Assembly (NCBI GenBank): GCA_964016885.1
Contig: OZ024757.1
Location: 12,462,001 to 12,526,000, forward strand
DNA: 64,000 nucleotides
DNA from: Eledone cirrhosa
Lineage: Eukaryota
Direction of reading: 5' to 3'
Shown: piece after piece, positions 1 through 12,372 of the stretch
Numbering within the stretch: position 1 is the first letter of the stretch
How the letters are laid out: every line of letters begins with the position of its first letter
Translations under genes and position numbers: made by a program
Notes under the pieces: model-generated
The model's database searches: none
Told to the model about the DNA's origin: nothing
The model's input: the letters and a program-made list of their open reading frames with translations, nothing else

Positions 1-44
1 ATGCTTTGTGTCATATAGTTACATCCCTTTACATTCTGTATTAA

Positions 45-185
45 AATCTTGCTGAGGTTAGCTTTACCTTTCTTTCTCAGAGGTTCAGTAAAATAAAGTA
101 CCAGTAATCCACTGGGATTGATTTAATCAACTTTCTCCTTCCCTTCCAATTGTGGCCTTGAGTTAAAAGTAGAAACAGTTATTTA
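45..185 (+). mobile_element. SINE fragment (recurrent family)
   Basis: The motif 'gaggttagctttacct...aaataaagtaccagt...ctggg...ggccttg' recurs at 240-330, 52886-53030, 56580-56690 (reverse) and 57635-57885. Confidence 0.6.
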
Positions 186-239
186 AAGTCTATAAAACAA
201 TAGATATAATGCCTTCTGCCATATTTGTTCTGGTTCTCT

Positions 240-330
240 TCTCTGAGTTTAAATCCTGCTGAGGTCAACTTTGCCTTTCATCCATTCAAGGTTGATAACA
301 AACAAGTACCAGTCTACCACTGGGGTCTGT
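240..330 (+). mobile_element. SINE fragment (same family as 45-185)
   Basis: 'ctgagtttaaatcctgctgaggtcaactttgcctttcatcc...agtaccagtc' matches 52890-52975. Confidence 0.6.
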
Positions 331-1072
331 TCTTCCGCTCTATATTTCTTTCCCACTTCCTCTCTCTCATTCTCTCTCCTTCTCTGGAAGTAATCAACTG
401 TTCCAACCTGGTGAGTTAAGGGCTCCACCAAGCTTCAACTGTCCACAGTGGCACCCCTATGACTCCATCAGTGCAAGAAAAACAAAACAAAAGATGAATG
501 TATTTATTTTATAAACCTCAACTGGTTTATATTCATATTTGTGACAAAATATCCACATTTATGTTTAAATAAAAACAATTTTACAACTTTAATATTTGTT
601 GGATGGTACTTTCATGACAGTTCAAATTAGGACTTTTAAAAAAAATTAACATTTGAAAATATTTTACAACTTTATTCTCTTTATCTTTACCCATTCCTGA
701 GAGGGTTGTAGATGGAAGAGTCCTCACACACACCTTCTAGGTCCTATGTTTGTAAAGTTTCCTCTATATACTACACACACACAAAACCACATCACTCTGC
801 ACACACACACAACATCCCATACAACAGACATACATCACACCACACCACATACAAACCAGGTAGTTATACCAACCCAGTATCTTGGTTTAGTGATTGTTTT
901 GTAACAAACCTCAACATCCCAGACCTTAGCAACTGGAGTGGAACTCATCAGATTGGATATTAAATGATGAGCTGTGACATCATTGGTGTCAACCTGTTTC
1001 AGCCATTCCTTTGGACAACATTATAGTGTATGTATGTATATATATGTATGTAGTATATATATATATATGTAG

Positions 1073-1104
<32 letters not shown>

Positions 1105-1105
1105 T

Positions 1106-1137
<32 letters not shown>

Positions 1138-1138
1138 T

Positions 1139-1180
<42 letters not shown>

Positions 1181-1279
1181 TCATATATATATATATATAT
1201 TTGTGTTCAAGAGACTAGGTGGAGGGGCTGGTCTGCTAGATTCATTGTGGGTAAAAAACGATGTTATAAACCTTTCTGG

Positions 1280-2200
1280 GTGGGAAATGACAATGGGCGG
1301 GGTGGAGTAGTATGGTGGGATGGGGGAAGTATAGAACACTATCAATTGGCCAGGAGAGAATCTAGGAGACAAGTGTACCATGCAAGAAGGGAAGAAGGGG
1401 ATAGAAAGTTCAAGCATTTTCTACAACACGAGGACCAAAAACGTGAGTTGTTCAGGATTGCTAAACAATGTGTCAAGGAAAATCGTGATATTGTCAGGGA
1501 GAAGTGAGTCTGTAATGATAATGGTGTACTTGCCCTCACTTTTAATGATAAGAAGATAGCTCAGAAGTGTCACTACGAGAGGCTACTAGAGAATAAATGG
1601 GAAAAAGATAGTCTTCCCCAAATTGATCCAATAGAGGGACCAGCAGTGCAAGTTAATGGTAGTATAGTAAGTAAGGCAATCATCAAAGATATGAAGACAG
1701 GCAAGGCAGCTGAGCCTTCAGAGATAGTTGCTGAGATGTTGAAAGCATCTGAAATGGTCGGACATACTATGGTCACCCAGACAGTAAACCAAGTAATGCA
1801 GAATGGGGTCATACCAAATGACTGGCATAGCAGCATCACCGTTAACTGCTACAAGGGTAAAGGAGATGCCCTGGATAGGAGAAACTATAGAGGCATTAAG
1901 TTAGTTGACAAGGTCATGAAGGTCACAGAAAGAGTTATAGCAGAATTGATCTAGATGAAATGCAGTTTGGGTTCGTGCCAGGTAAAAGTACCACAGATGC
2001 CCTTTTCCTTGTACGACAACTACAGGAGAAGTACCTAGCTAAAAGTAAACCCCTATACTTAGCTTTCCTTGACTTGGAGAAAGCCTTAGACAGAGTCCCC
2101 AGTGGACCTTTAGAAAACTAGGAGTAGATGAATGGCATGTGAGAGCCATGTATAAAGAAACAGTGAGCAAGGTGAGAATTAACAATGAATATAGTGAAGA
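1280..2200 (+). mobile_element. RTE-clade LINE fragment (family B), degenerate
   Basis: ORFs 1247-1507 and 1646-1954 (KTGKAAEPSEIVAEML, YKGKGDALDRRNYRGIKL), followed by QFGF/DLEKA motifs. Homologous to 36491-37400, with stops and deletions. Confidence 0.85.
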
Positions 2201-2643
2201 AATGATAGGAAGGAAGAAATAGAATGGGTATCAACCGGTGCCCCAGCATGGCCTCAGCCGGATGGCTGAAACAGGTAAAAGAGTAAAGATATTTATTTCT
2301 CTGTTGTTACGAGCCTTCCATTCTTCGCAGTAATCTCAGATAAATCATTGAAACTGCAGGTGGTCTGAGATCTGATGAATGTATTTTAATATTTGTGACC
2401 TCCTCTCACCCATTCTATTTCTTCCTTCCGATCATTTCTTTGTGTCAACTCACATCAAGCTGCTGACTTCTGTCCTTCGAGGTAATGTTTTACCCAACAC
2501 AGCTTTGACGGTATTTTGCTGTTTATACACCGAGTTTTTCCATTTTATATATATATGTAAAGGGTAAACAGAAATAACAACACAATCAGTACAGTATATG
2601 GAAGGAATATATTAGGTTAATGCTTGAAATAGCAGGAAGAGGG

Positions 2644-2679
2644 TCTTAACGTTTCAGATGCTAGTCCTTCATCAGAAGA
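2644..2679 (-). ncRNA. Minimal type I hammerhead ribozyme motif (Penelope-type)
   Basis: Minus strand reads tctt-CTGATGA-aggactagcatct-GAAA-CGT-T-aaga: catalytic core, 4-bp stem I, palindromic ACGT stem III. Confidence 0.5.
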
Positions 2680-3751
2680 AAGAATGACAAATTAGTTAAA
2701 TTGAATGGACGGGCAAGATGGAATTGGAAAACATATCTTTGGATAACAGGTCCATTCATGTTGACATCTCTTTGAAAACTGTTGATGCTGGCGCTTTGTG
2801 TATGATATATTATTTGTTAAAGACTCACATTATTCCCCTATAATTTAATGAGCTCAAGGATTAGATTCCGGGTTCTTTATAAATCACCATATAGAGAGAA
2901 GTACACATAGAGATATGTGTTCAATCATAGGGGATTAAAAACCACCAGAGTGACAAACATATTAACTATGGAAGTAATGCTGGATACAAATCAACTAAAA
3001 TAATATATTAAAGTGTACTAACCATCTATTTATAACTATAACATACAGACATGCTCAAATAAGAGTATATTTCGCTATAAAAGGGAAGAATATATATTGT
3101 AGATGTAGCTCATCAGCAGATACCTATCAATATGATCAACACTTCTAAAAATATATTAGATAACTAAGAAAACACACATGGTATAGAGAAAAGACATGTT
3201 TTATAGCCCATGGTGGTGAATGGACCAAAAGACCGCTAAAAATATATGGAAATATATTTTTATCACATGTATGTTAATATACATATGAAAATTTAGAGCT
3301 GACTTAGCTGCTATTTCTAACTTTTTCCACGTTACATATTTTTATTGTTTGGCTGCCATTTCTAATAATTTGTATTTACCACACAGACTGAAACGTTTGA
3401 CAAAGGGGAATAAATCTTTAAAGCCTTCGATTTGCTATTATCTCCCTTTCACTGTAAAATTTATGATAGTTATCTAGACTAGAGAGCCCCTCACTAAATG
3501 TTCTTATAACTTTCTTAATAACACATATTTTGTAATTAAATTTTGCAGAGATACGAATTACAGTTTATAGATTAACATTCTGTAACTGAAATTACAATAT
3601 ATCTTTACGTACAAATGTACTAAGGCTAGAAATTGCCAGGTAGGGTGTACAGTTTTTATCACATTTTATATTTGGTAAAATAAACTATTTTATCATGACA
3701 ATATAAAGAAACAGGATATAGATTTGTTTGGTATTTCTAGCGTTGTATATG

Positions 3752-3806
<55 letters not shown>

Positions 3807-3906
3807 CATAGTCCTATATATGTATGTGTGTGTATATATATACATACATATATTTGTGTTGTTTATACACATACATACAAATGCATATATATATAGAGAG
3901 AGAGAG

Positions 3907-5002
3907 GTTTCTTTATTTGCCACAAGGACGCACAAGAAAAGGGGACAATACAAAACATGCCGGGTATTTTACATACACTCGTGTAAAAAAACAAACAAAA
4001 AAAAACAATTACAACAATCGAAATCCCCAATAGGGGGGAAACGCCACAAATGGGTTGTTTAATACCCCGTAGATAGAACAACCCTCAACTCCAGGAGCAT
4101 GTTGTGCAAGTGCTCTTTTCTTCCTTTTGCTCGCTTCTTTAACCTACAGGCTTATAAACAGAGAAGGCCCAATCACTCGGGCCATTTTCGCTTCATTCAC
4201 CCACCTTTCAGCAAATTTACTGGGGTGCAGTACCTCTCTATCTACTCTGATTCTCCTTCTAAAGTGATACTTAAAGAAGGGAATGAGTTGTTGTCCAGAG
4301 AGAAAGGCAAATGTCCCCAGTCCTCTTAATCTCGTCCACCATATAACTTCTTTCACCATAGCCACTGTACAGAGGAAAACCGCCTCTCTTTCGTTTTTGA
4401 AAGAGGCTGGCAGTGTGATCCTTACTATAGACTCAGCAGTCAACTGTATTTGTCCCATACGCGACAGCAGTTGTTCTGCATAGTTCCACAGGTCGGTTAC
4501 GCCTGGGCAGTGTACAATTGCGTGCAGGACGGTTTCAATATCCTGCGCGCATCTTGGACACGTCCTCTTTGAAGGATCCCTGCCGGGGCGTCCGTGCCTG
4601 TAGATCTTGTCACGAACCAGTAGAGCTCCTCGGTAGCACTGACAGGCCAGGGACCTCTAGAAGTTGTCCATAGGTCCCGGGCGGAAAGTCCTACCAAACA
4701 GACTGGTGAGCTCATCGTCTTCGACGCCCAGAGTCTCTCCAAGCACGTCGTCGCCCTCGTAACGTACAATCCCTCTATAGAATGTCGAAGTGGAGTCTCC
4801 ACTGATTGCTGTGCCTGCTTGCCAGGTGCCCATTGTTTTCGGTCTTTTCTTGACCCAGGGCTGCAGCTCCGTTAGCGAGATGAGCTGCGGGAAAGCCTGT
4901 CTCACAAACGGTGCCCACACCGTTTGGGGGTCGGTGAGGAATACCTGGAGATGCTGCAGCCTTAACGCATGTTTCCGCATCTTCAGCCACAGCATTCCCA
5001 CC
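3907..5002 (-). mobile_element. 5'-truncated L1/Tx1 retrotransposon (3' end of ORF2 plus 3'UTR)
   Basis: ORFs 4144-4458 and 4657-5001 are homologous to the C-terminus of the 1094-aa ORF2 (MVKEVIWWTRLRGL, FRRRIRV). AATAAA near 3912-3917. Confidence 0.9.
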
Positions 5003-5256
5003 TAGATAGATAGATAGATAGATAAATTTCTATTTATTTGCCACGAGGACACAAAAGAAGGGGACATTTACACAGTGGGGGAGTTTACATAAATCGAGTA
5101 AAGAAAAAAGGAATAACAATAATAATATAACAATAAAAAGTCCTCAAAAGGGAGGGGGCGTGTTGGGGATTGCACATACCCCCGAAAAGTGTGCAACTCT
5201 TTTCGCGGGGGAAGCCCAGAGAGGAGGCGCTCCCCCTTTCCTCTTCACTTCTTCAC

Positions 5257-8200
5257 CTACAGAACAATGTAGAGAGAAGGCCCATTTACACGGGCCATTC
5301 TCGCTTCTTTCACCCACCTTTCATAAAACTGTCTGGGACCAAGCACTTCTCTCTCCATCCTGATTCTTCTTCCGAAGTGGTATCGGAAGAAGTAAACCAG
5401 GTGATGGCCGGAGAGAAAGTCACCCGACCTCAGACCTTTCAGGCGCGTCCACCACACAACCTCTTTCATCATGGCTATTACGCACAGAAAGACCGCCTCT
5501 GCTTCATTTCTGAAGGGAGGAGGTGGCTTGATGTTCACCACAGACTCGGCGGTTAATCGAATCGGCGCCACACGCGACAGCAGTCGCTCGACGTAGCCCC
5601 ACAGATCGGCAACGCCCGGGCAGTGTACCAGTGCATGCGCAACGGTTTCCTCGTCGCGCACGCATCTGGGACAGATCTTTTTCGCGGGATCCCTGCCCGG
5701 GCGCCCGTATCTGTAGAGCTTTTCTCGAACGGGCAGAGCCCCCCGGTAACACTGCCAGGCTAGGGACCTCTGGAAGTTGTCCATGGGTCCCGGGCCGAAA
5801 GTTCTACCGAACAGGCTGGCCAGTTCGTCCTCCTCCATGCCTAGCGACTCTCCAAGGGTGTCGTCGCCCCTGCTAGCCACCAACCCTCTATAGAATGTCG
5901 AGGTGGATTCTCCACTGACAGTCGGGTCCGCTTGCCAGATAGCCGTGAGCGCCTGGGCACACTCGGTGTGCCAGTTGCCCAGTTTTCTCGGTCTTTGCTT
6001 CACCCAGGATTGCAGTTCGGTGAGCGAGACGAGCTGTGGGAAGGCTCGCCTCACAAACGGGGCCCACACCGGCTGACCGTTGAGGAATACCTGTAGATGC
6101 CGTAGCCTCAATGCGTGCCTACGCATCAACAGCCACGGCATACCCAGCCCTCCTTTCGAAGGGTGCTGGCAGCAGATGGATCTCCTCACCATGGGAGGCC
6201 GCTTCTTCCAGAGGAACTGGAAGACCATGCGTTCCATGATGGTGAGCTTTTCCTTGGGGCAAGGCACGACGGTCAGGCGGTAGTAGATGACGGACGCTAT
6301 GTAAGCGTTCGTCACCTCCGCCTGACCTTTCAGTGATAGTTTGCACTTGGCCCACTTCTGGGTCAGCGCAAACACCCTGCTCGTCACCTCGCCCCAATTC
6401 TTCTCCACCTGGAGGTCCGGTCCGAACCAGACCCCGAGCAGCTTCACCGGGCCCTCCGTCCACCGCCCGACGACACCGTCTAACGGCATCGGTTTGCCCC
6501 TCCACGTTCCGAGTTGCAAACCGACTGACTTGTCCTGGTTCAGCTTAGCCCCCGTCAGCCTTTCGTATTCCTCCAGTAGGGTGGCGATCGCCCCGATTTC
6601 CGAGGCGTCCGCCACCATTACTGTTACGTCGTCGGCATAGGCCGAGACCGCTTTGTGCAATCCCGGTTCCAGGGGTATGCCCCGCAGCAACTCCAACTTC
6701 CGCAGCAGTGGCTCGAGAGTCAATACGTACAGAAGGGAGGAGAGGGGGCACCCCTGTCTGATGGATCGGGTGATTTGAAACGGCTCCGAGAGGTAGCCGT
6801 TTACTTTAATCCTAGAGTAGATGTTGCCACTGTGCATGGCAGAAATCCAGCCCCTGAAAACGGGTCCGAAGCCCGCCGCCGCTAGCACCGCATCCAGGTA
6901 ACCATGGTCGACCCTATCGAACGCCTTAGATTGATCCAAGTTGATCAGGGCCCCACCAAAGCCGGGTTCGTAGCCAACCCTCTCTATGATGTATCGCATG
7001 AGGTGGAGGTTGTCGTGAATGGACCTGGACGGGATAGCGCATGTCTGCGCGTCTCCCACCAAACCACCCACCACAAGCGCCAACCTCTTCGCCAACACCT
7101 TGGCCAAAATCTGTAACTCTGCATTCAGCAGAGTTATGGGCCTAAAGTTACTTAAGTCGTCCCCCTTGCTCTCGTCCTTCCTCACTAGCGTGACCACGCC
7201 CTTGGTCACAGAACAGGGAATTCTCCCGTTCTGTTGCCAGTTGCAATAGACAGCCTCGAGGAGTTCGGAGAACAAGACCGGCATAGCTAAATAAAGTTCG
7301 TATGGTAGACCATCGAGACCCGGGGATTTGCGTCTGCTGCATTGGCTGAGCGCTTCCCCGATTTCAGTGGCTGTGATTGGCCTTTCGCAGCACTCCGCTT
7401 CGCCGCTCGAAAGACGCGGTAGACCGTCGAGGTATGGACCGAAGTCCACATCCCCGTCCGGCCCCCCGCCACCTCCGAACAGTCGAGCAAAGTGCCTTTG
7501 AAAGGTCTCGCACATTCGCTCAGGTTCAAGGATCACCCGTCCATCCTGGTCTCGCAAAGACCGAATGGTGGATTTAATCCCACTCTTGGCTTCTGTCACG
7601 CGGGCCCAGCTAACAGCTTTGGTCCCCTCGTTTCCTAAAGCACGTATTTTACTTCGGACAACGCAGCCTTCGTGCTTCGCGTCAAAGAACTGGCTCAATG
7701 CCGTTCTCGTCGCTAACACTCTGGCTACGTCTCCGCTCCTAATCGCCTCTTCTAGTTTATCTGTTAACTCCCTTTCCCTCCTATTTCTATTCGCCGCTAG
7801 TTCCTTACTGTAACCTATCGAACTTACTCTAATCTCTCTCTTTAGAGATATCCACCACCTACTGTTGACGATCGCTCCCGTCAACCGCATCTTAACTAAG
7901 CTACTAATCCGGTTTCTGTAATCTTTCTTTGTCGGTAAGGACAAGTTCATCTTCCAGTAACCGGGACCCTGTCTATGCGTTCTATCAAGGTTGACCACGC
8001 AGGTCACTAATTTGTGATCTGAATAGCCAACCATGATCAGTTCTGGACAACTAAATACGTCCCTATCCTTACTCCTAACCAAAAACCTATCTAGGTACGA
8101 TCTAGATTGTCCACTGCGGTTTGCCCAGGTCCAGGTTGGCGCAGTTGGACAATCTAGTCGAAATCTATCGACCAGGTCGAATCGATCGAGTAACCCCTTG

Positions 8201-8689
8201 AGGCTGCTACACCCCCCTCTATCGGGACATGCCCCTGCATAGTCCCAACGCGCATCTAGGATTCCATTCCAGTCCCCCACTAAAAGCAGGGAACGCGACG
8301 TTCCTAGAAAAGTCTCCAGACGCTGGAAGAAGTCGGCTCTTTCCGCCCCGAAGGGAGCATAAAGACCGACCAGTCTGAAAGCCCCGCCTTCACCGCCTCC
8401 GAGGTCCAGCACCAGTAATCGACCCCCCGGGTCCGAGTGAACAATCTGTACGTCGAGAGTCAGACGTTTATCCAGCAGTACGGCAACTCCCCCCCCCCCC
8501 GCCTCCGGGTTGACAGAGAGATGCGTGCATCTCAAAGTCATCGAAGGCGGGCGCCAGCTGTCTCACGCTGCTGATCCGACTCTCGCAAACAACCATCACA
8601 TCTATACTTTGTGACCTGAGGTCACTTAGAAGCTTTGCTTGCTTCCAAGCTGAGCCCAGGCCACGCGCGTTCAAACAGCCAACTCTCAA
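5257..8689 (-). CDS. Tx1/L1 ORF2: APE endonuclease, reverse transcriptase, C-terminal CCHC (one frameshift near 8490)
   Basis: LNARGL (8468-8689 frame), then GDWN, YLDRFL, SDHK, KSPGLDG, FRPITLLN, DQSKAFD, QGCPLS, YADD, GGLGM, CPRC..ETVAHALVHC. The frame changes at the poly-C run 8489-8500. Confidence 0.92.
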
Positions 8690-8694
8690 TTGAT

Positions 8695-10557
8695 CTATTT
8701 TGGTGTTGAAAGTGAAGAAAGAAAAGCACTTACCTCTCCGGGTTGCGTAATTTCCATGGCATCAGGTGTGTTGGGTGGAGGGATGTTTTGTGGTGGTGTG
8801 GGGGTACACGTGTGTGGTGGGGTTGGGGTATTTGGAGTTGTGTCAGGGAGAGGGGCGGTTATGGGGAAATATTTCAAGAGGACGCGATTCAACGGTTTTA
8901 AACAGGGGGGGCTCACGTCCCGTCTAAATTGTTCTTTTAAGGAACGATAAAGGTCCAGAGGGACCTTTATCATTTTTAAATGGGTGAAGTTCTCTGTTGA
9001 GATAAAGTTTGGCCCTTCGGTCTGCACCATAGGGTTATTGTTTATTAATTTAACCAGTTTTTTGTTTTCTTTATTTATATATGTGTATTGCAACGTCTTT
9101 TTTTTGTGATGCTGTCAATGTTTCGGAGAGGGGAGGCGCAGATTTATTTTTGTTTGTTGAGGGTGGGGTGTTTTTGATTGGAGTTGGTGTTTGTGTGTGG
9201 GTTATTTGTGGTGTGCTGGGTGTGTGTTTTCTTTTTTTTCTTTTAACTTGTCTGAAGGCTTCTCCTCCTTCTTCTTCAGAAGTTGGGGGAAACTCTTCAG
9301 CGCTAGGTGGGAGGGACGTGTTGTGTGGTTTTTTTTTTTGCGGGAGGGGTAGATTTGTTACTGTTTTTTTTTATTATTTGTTTGGAATGGGTTTTGTGGT
9401 GGTGGTGGTGGTAATGTTTGTGTCGTGCTTGTGGTTGGTGATGGTGGTGGTGATGTTTGTGTTGTGGTTGGTGGTGGTGATTTTTGTGTCGTGCTTGTGT
9501 TTGGTGCTGGTGGTGGTGATGTTTGTGTTGTGTTTGTGGTTGGTGGTGTCTGTATTTTGTTTGCTGTGTGTGGTATTAGTGTATTTTTGGAGGTGGGTGG
9601 TGTTGGTGTACTGTTTGTGGTGGGTGTGGGCAATAGTCCTTTTTGGGGGATACGTTTCGGGCAGTTAGCCTTAACGTGTCCCCTTTCCATGCATAAATAG
9701 CATGCTGGTCTTCTCCCCTCTACAATTATGTCTATTGGGGTAAGGTCATCTAGCCAGATGCGATCCGGGATTTGTGCTATTCTTTCGGGCCTCATTTGGA
9801 CTAGTATGTCGAGGCCCATTCCCAGGAACGCATCTCCAGTTGCCTTCCCCATTGACAGCATTGTGTCTTCGCCCATATCAATGAAGCCAGCAATAGCCCA
9901 CCAGAAGTCCATTGTGGGCAGCATTGTTTTTACTTTTACTCTCAGTGTTCTTCTACCCATGTAGGAGGGATAGAAGCTATATGTTGTCGACGAGAGTGGG
10001 CTTAGGGAAAGCTTCTCCGCCGTTTCTTTGTCTCTTGTTAGGACCGAAATGCTGCCATAGAGTCGGTCCTTTCGTATGAAGAGAATATTCTTCATATAGT
10101 CTTTTAGGACTAACTCTATTTCCATTTGGCTGGGCTGTGCTGGCTTTCTTGTCTGGTTCAGTATAGTTCTGTAGAGAACTGTGTTTTCTGCTCTGGCTTT
10201 CTTGAATTCTGGGGGGGAGTTAATGGAAAACATTCCGTTCTCCCCCAAAACAATGTGTTTCTTTGCTTCGGCCAGTTTTTCTCTGGCGGCAGTTAGGTCA
10301 ATTGGTGTGTATGTAATGGATTGTTTTGTTTTCTGGGCGAAAGTTGCCCTGTCGTTATTTGTATTATTTTCTGTTTGTTTGTTTTCTGTTTGCTCATTTT
10401 CCTTAACATTTGTTTTTTCATTTTGTTTGTTTGTTTCAATGTCTAATTTTGTTGTAATTATTTTTAGTTCTTCAGACTTGGGGGGCGTGGCAGAGCTAAT
10501 GGCAGACATGTCTGCCATCTTTTCCGCCATGCTGCCAAGAAAGAAATTTTTCGGCAA
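8695..10557 (-). CDS. Tx1/L1 ORF1 (gag-like, CCHC knuckle, Pro/Thr-rich tail), interrupted at A-tracts
   Basis: The 399-aa ORF contains CYLCMERGHVKANC. An open frame continues from ~9361 to 9071, then ORF 8695-9093. The shifts coincide with homopolymers at ~9365 and ~9100. Confidence 0.8.
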
Positions 10558-11537
10558 AAATAGATATTTATTTTACCCCCTAAAAAGAGGGTAAATGCAA
10601 AAATGTTTCCCTAAATAACAGGGGTTAGTGTTCCAAATGTGTTGCACTAAAAAATTTATCCGGTACTTACAATAGTAAGGGTAAATCCCGATGGAATAGC
10701 GGAGCCGATGCGAAGCGTGTCTTACTCTATCAAGATAGATAGATAGATAGATAGTTAGATATGTATACTTCGGTTTTGAATTTGTTTTTCAAGATTTTTA
10801 ACCTGAAAACGGGTTGTAACAGATATTGTTATACTTTGGGAGGGTCATGCTGCCAATAAAAACACACGCACCTGTTGGTTTCACTTCAATTTATTAGTAT
10901 TATTATTCGGCTAGTTTAATAACCAGATGGTTGTTTAGTTGTTGATTGTCGAAGATCTTTTGTCACACATTCTGTCACCTCCTCGGTGACTACTTTTGTA
11001 GTTATTTTGGTCTCTTCTTTTTTTGTACTACACCAACTTGTTTTTGTGAAAATTTGAAATGAAATCCAGCAGCTGTGTAGTTTTATTGGCAGGAGGACCC
11101 TTCCAATGTATACCAATATGTATATGTCATCAACATATATATATAATAAGGAAAATGTGAAGTTTGGTGTAGATGTTAAAAGTTCCTTTATTAACAAAGC
11201 TGTGATACACATTATAATGACAATCATGGTCACATGATTGAACAATCATGTGACCACGTGATATCATCAGACAGCAACTTTGTGTAATAAGGTTACGTCT
11301 GTGAGGCAATCCAAAGACAAGGGAATGGAGAGAAATGGTAAGTTTCGTAGATGTTTTCAGAAGGATATGATGTGACATTCAAAGATTGTCTGGACTGATG
11401 CTAAGCCACTGCCTCCCTGTTTATGTTTCAGATAGAGGTGGTCTGTGTCACTGTTGATGTGGAAACTTCCAGAACCAGTTAGAAGTTTTAGGGCTTTAGT
11501 ATTATGGGTCAGATCTCATCTTCAGTCAAGTAGTCAA

Positions 11538-11649
11538 TGATTGTTACTATTGTAATTTATTAGTCCCCAAATTTTTCGGACCACCTCCTAGATAATGGCT
11601 GGTAAATCCGAAATATTTAGGGACTGCTAAATTACTAAGGTAACAATCA
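11538..11649. repeat. Imperfect 43-bp-arm inverted repeat (MITE-like hairpin)
   Basis: tgattgttactattgtaatttattagtccccaaatttttcgga (11538-11580) matches the reverse complement of 11607-11649. Confidence 0.7.
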
Positions 11650-11784
11650 GTCATACTGGCCCTTTTATTTTCTAATCCATCTCTGTCAATTCCCTTCTCA
11701 CCTTGGTAACCCTAAGCCACTTACATTGAAGGGCTCCCTAAACAGACCCAACTTTCACTTTCATATTCTACAATGTATGAAGGT

Positions 11785-12180
11785 ACATGGCTTTGTGGTT
11801 ATTTGTATTTGTCTCATGATTCCCGCAGTACATTGTGTCCTTGAGCAAGACATTTTATTTCACATTGCTCCAGTCCATTCAGCTGGTAAACATCAGTGGT
11901 ACAGGGTAACCCAAAAGTCACACAGGGGTCGCAACTGTTTATAATTATTTTATTTAATTATTCATAAGTAATGTAGAGGTGTGACAAGGATTGACAAGTG
12001 CAAACTAATTTCCATTATGTCCTTTAAGTTGTGTCAACATTTCATACATCAATCTGTACAATTCAGGAAGTTAATAAAAACTAAAACCCCTGTATGAATT
12101 TTGGGCCACCCTGTACCTGTAATTCGAAAGACCAACTTTGTCACATTCTGTGTCATGCTGAATCTCCCTGAGAACTACGT
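11785..12180 (+). mobile_element. tRNA-derived SINE interrupted by a MITE
   Basis: Has the 'tgtgtccttgagcaagaca...cacattgctccagt' core and is colinear with the reverse copy at 13440-13737. Confidence 0.75.
11902..12113. mobile_element. Tc1/mariner-type MITE with TA target-site duplication
   Basis: TIRs cagggtaacccaaaagtcacacagggg and cccctgtatgaattttgggccaccctg, with TA on both sides. The paralogous SINE at ~13640 shows the empty site. Confidence 0.85.
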
Positions 12181-12276
12181 TATATATATATATATAGATA
12201 GATAGATATATATGTGTGTGTGTGTGTGTGTATGCGTATATTCATATATATATATATACACACACACATATATATA

Positions 12277-12334
12277 TCTTCAGCTGTATACATACATGTA
12301 TGTGATTTTTCTGTATCCAACGATATACAGTATG

Positions 12335-12372
<38 letters not shown>

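Larger units (their letters stand above)
5024..10733 (-). mobile_element. Near full-length L1/Tx1-clade non-LTR retrotransposon
   Basis: ORF1 with a zinc knuckle, ORF2 with APE-RT-CCHC, and a 3'UTR with AATAAA. (GATA)n lies on both flanks (5003-5023 and 10734-10754). Confidence 0.93.

Noticed and set aside
5504-8242. Many overlapping short ORFs within Tx1 ORF2
   Set aside because: They are antisense or alternate-frame shadows of a GC-rich coding sequence.
8695-8733. GTAAGT...AG mini-intron that might fuse Tx1 ORF1 to ORF2
   Set aside because: Removing the 39 nt keeps the ORF1 frame and reaches TGA two codons later, so no fusion results.
10916-11245. 109-aa ORF, possible host exon
   Set aside because: No recognisable domain and no convincing splice acceptor.
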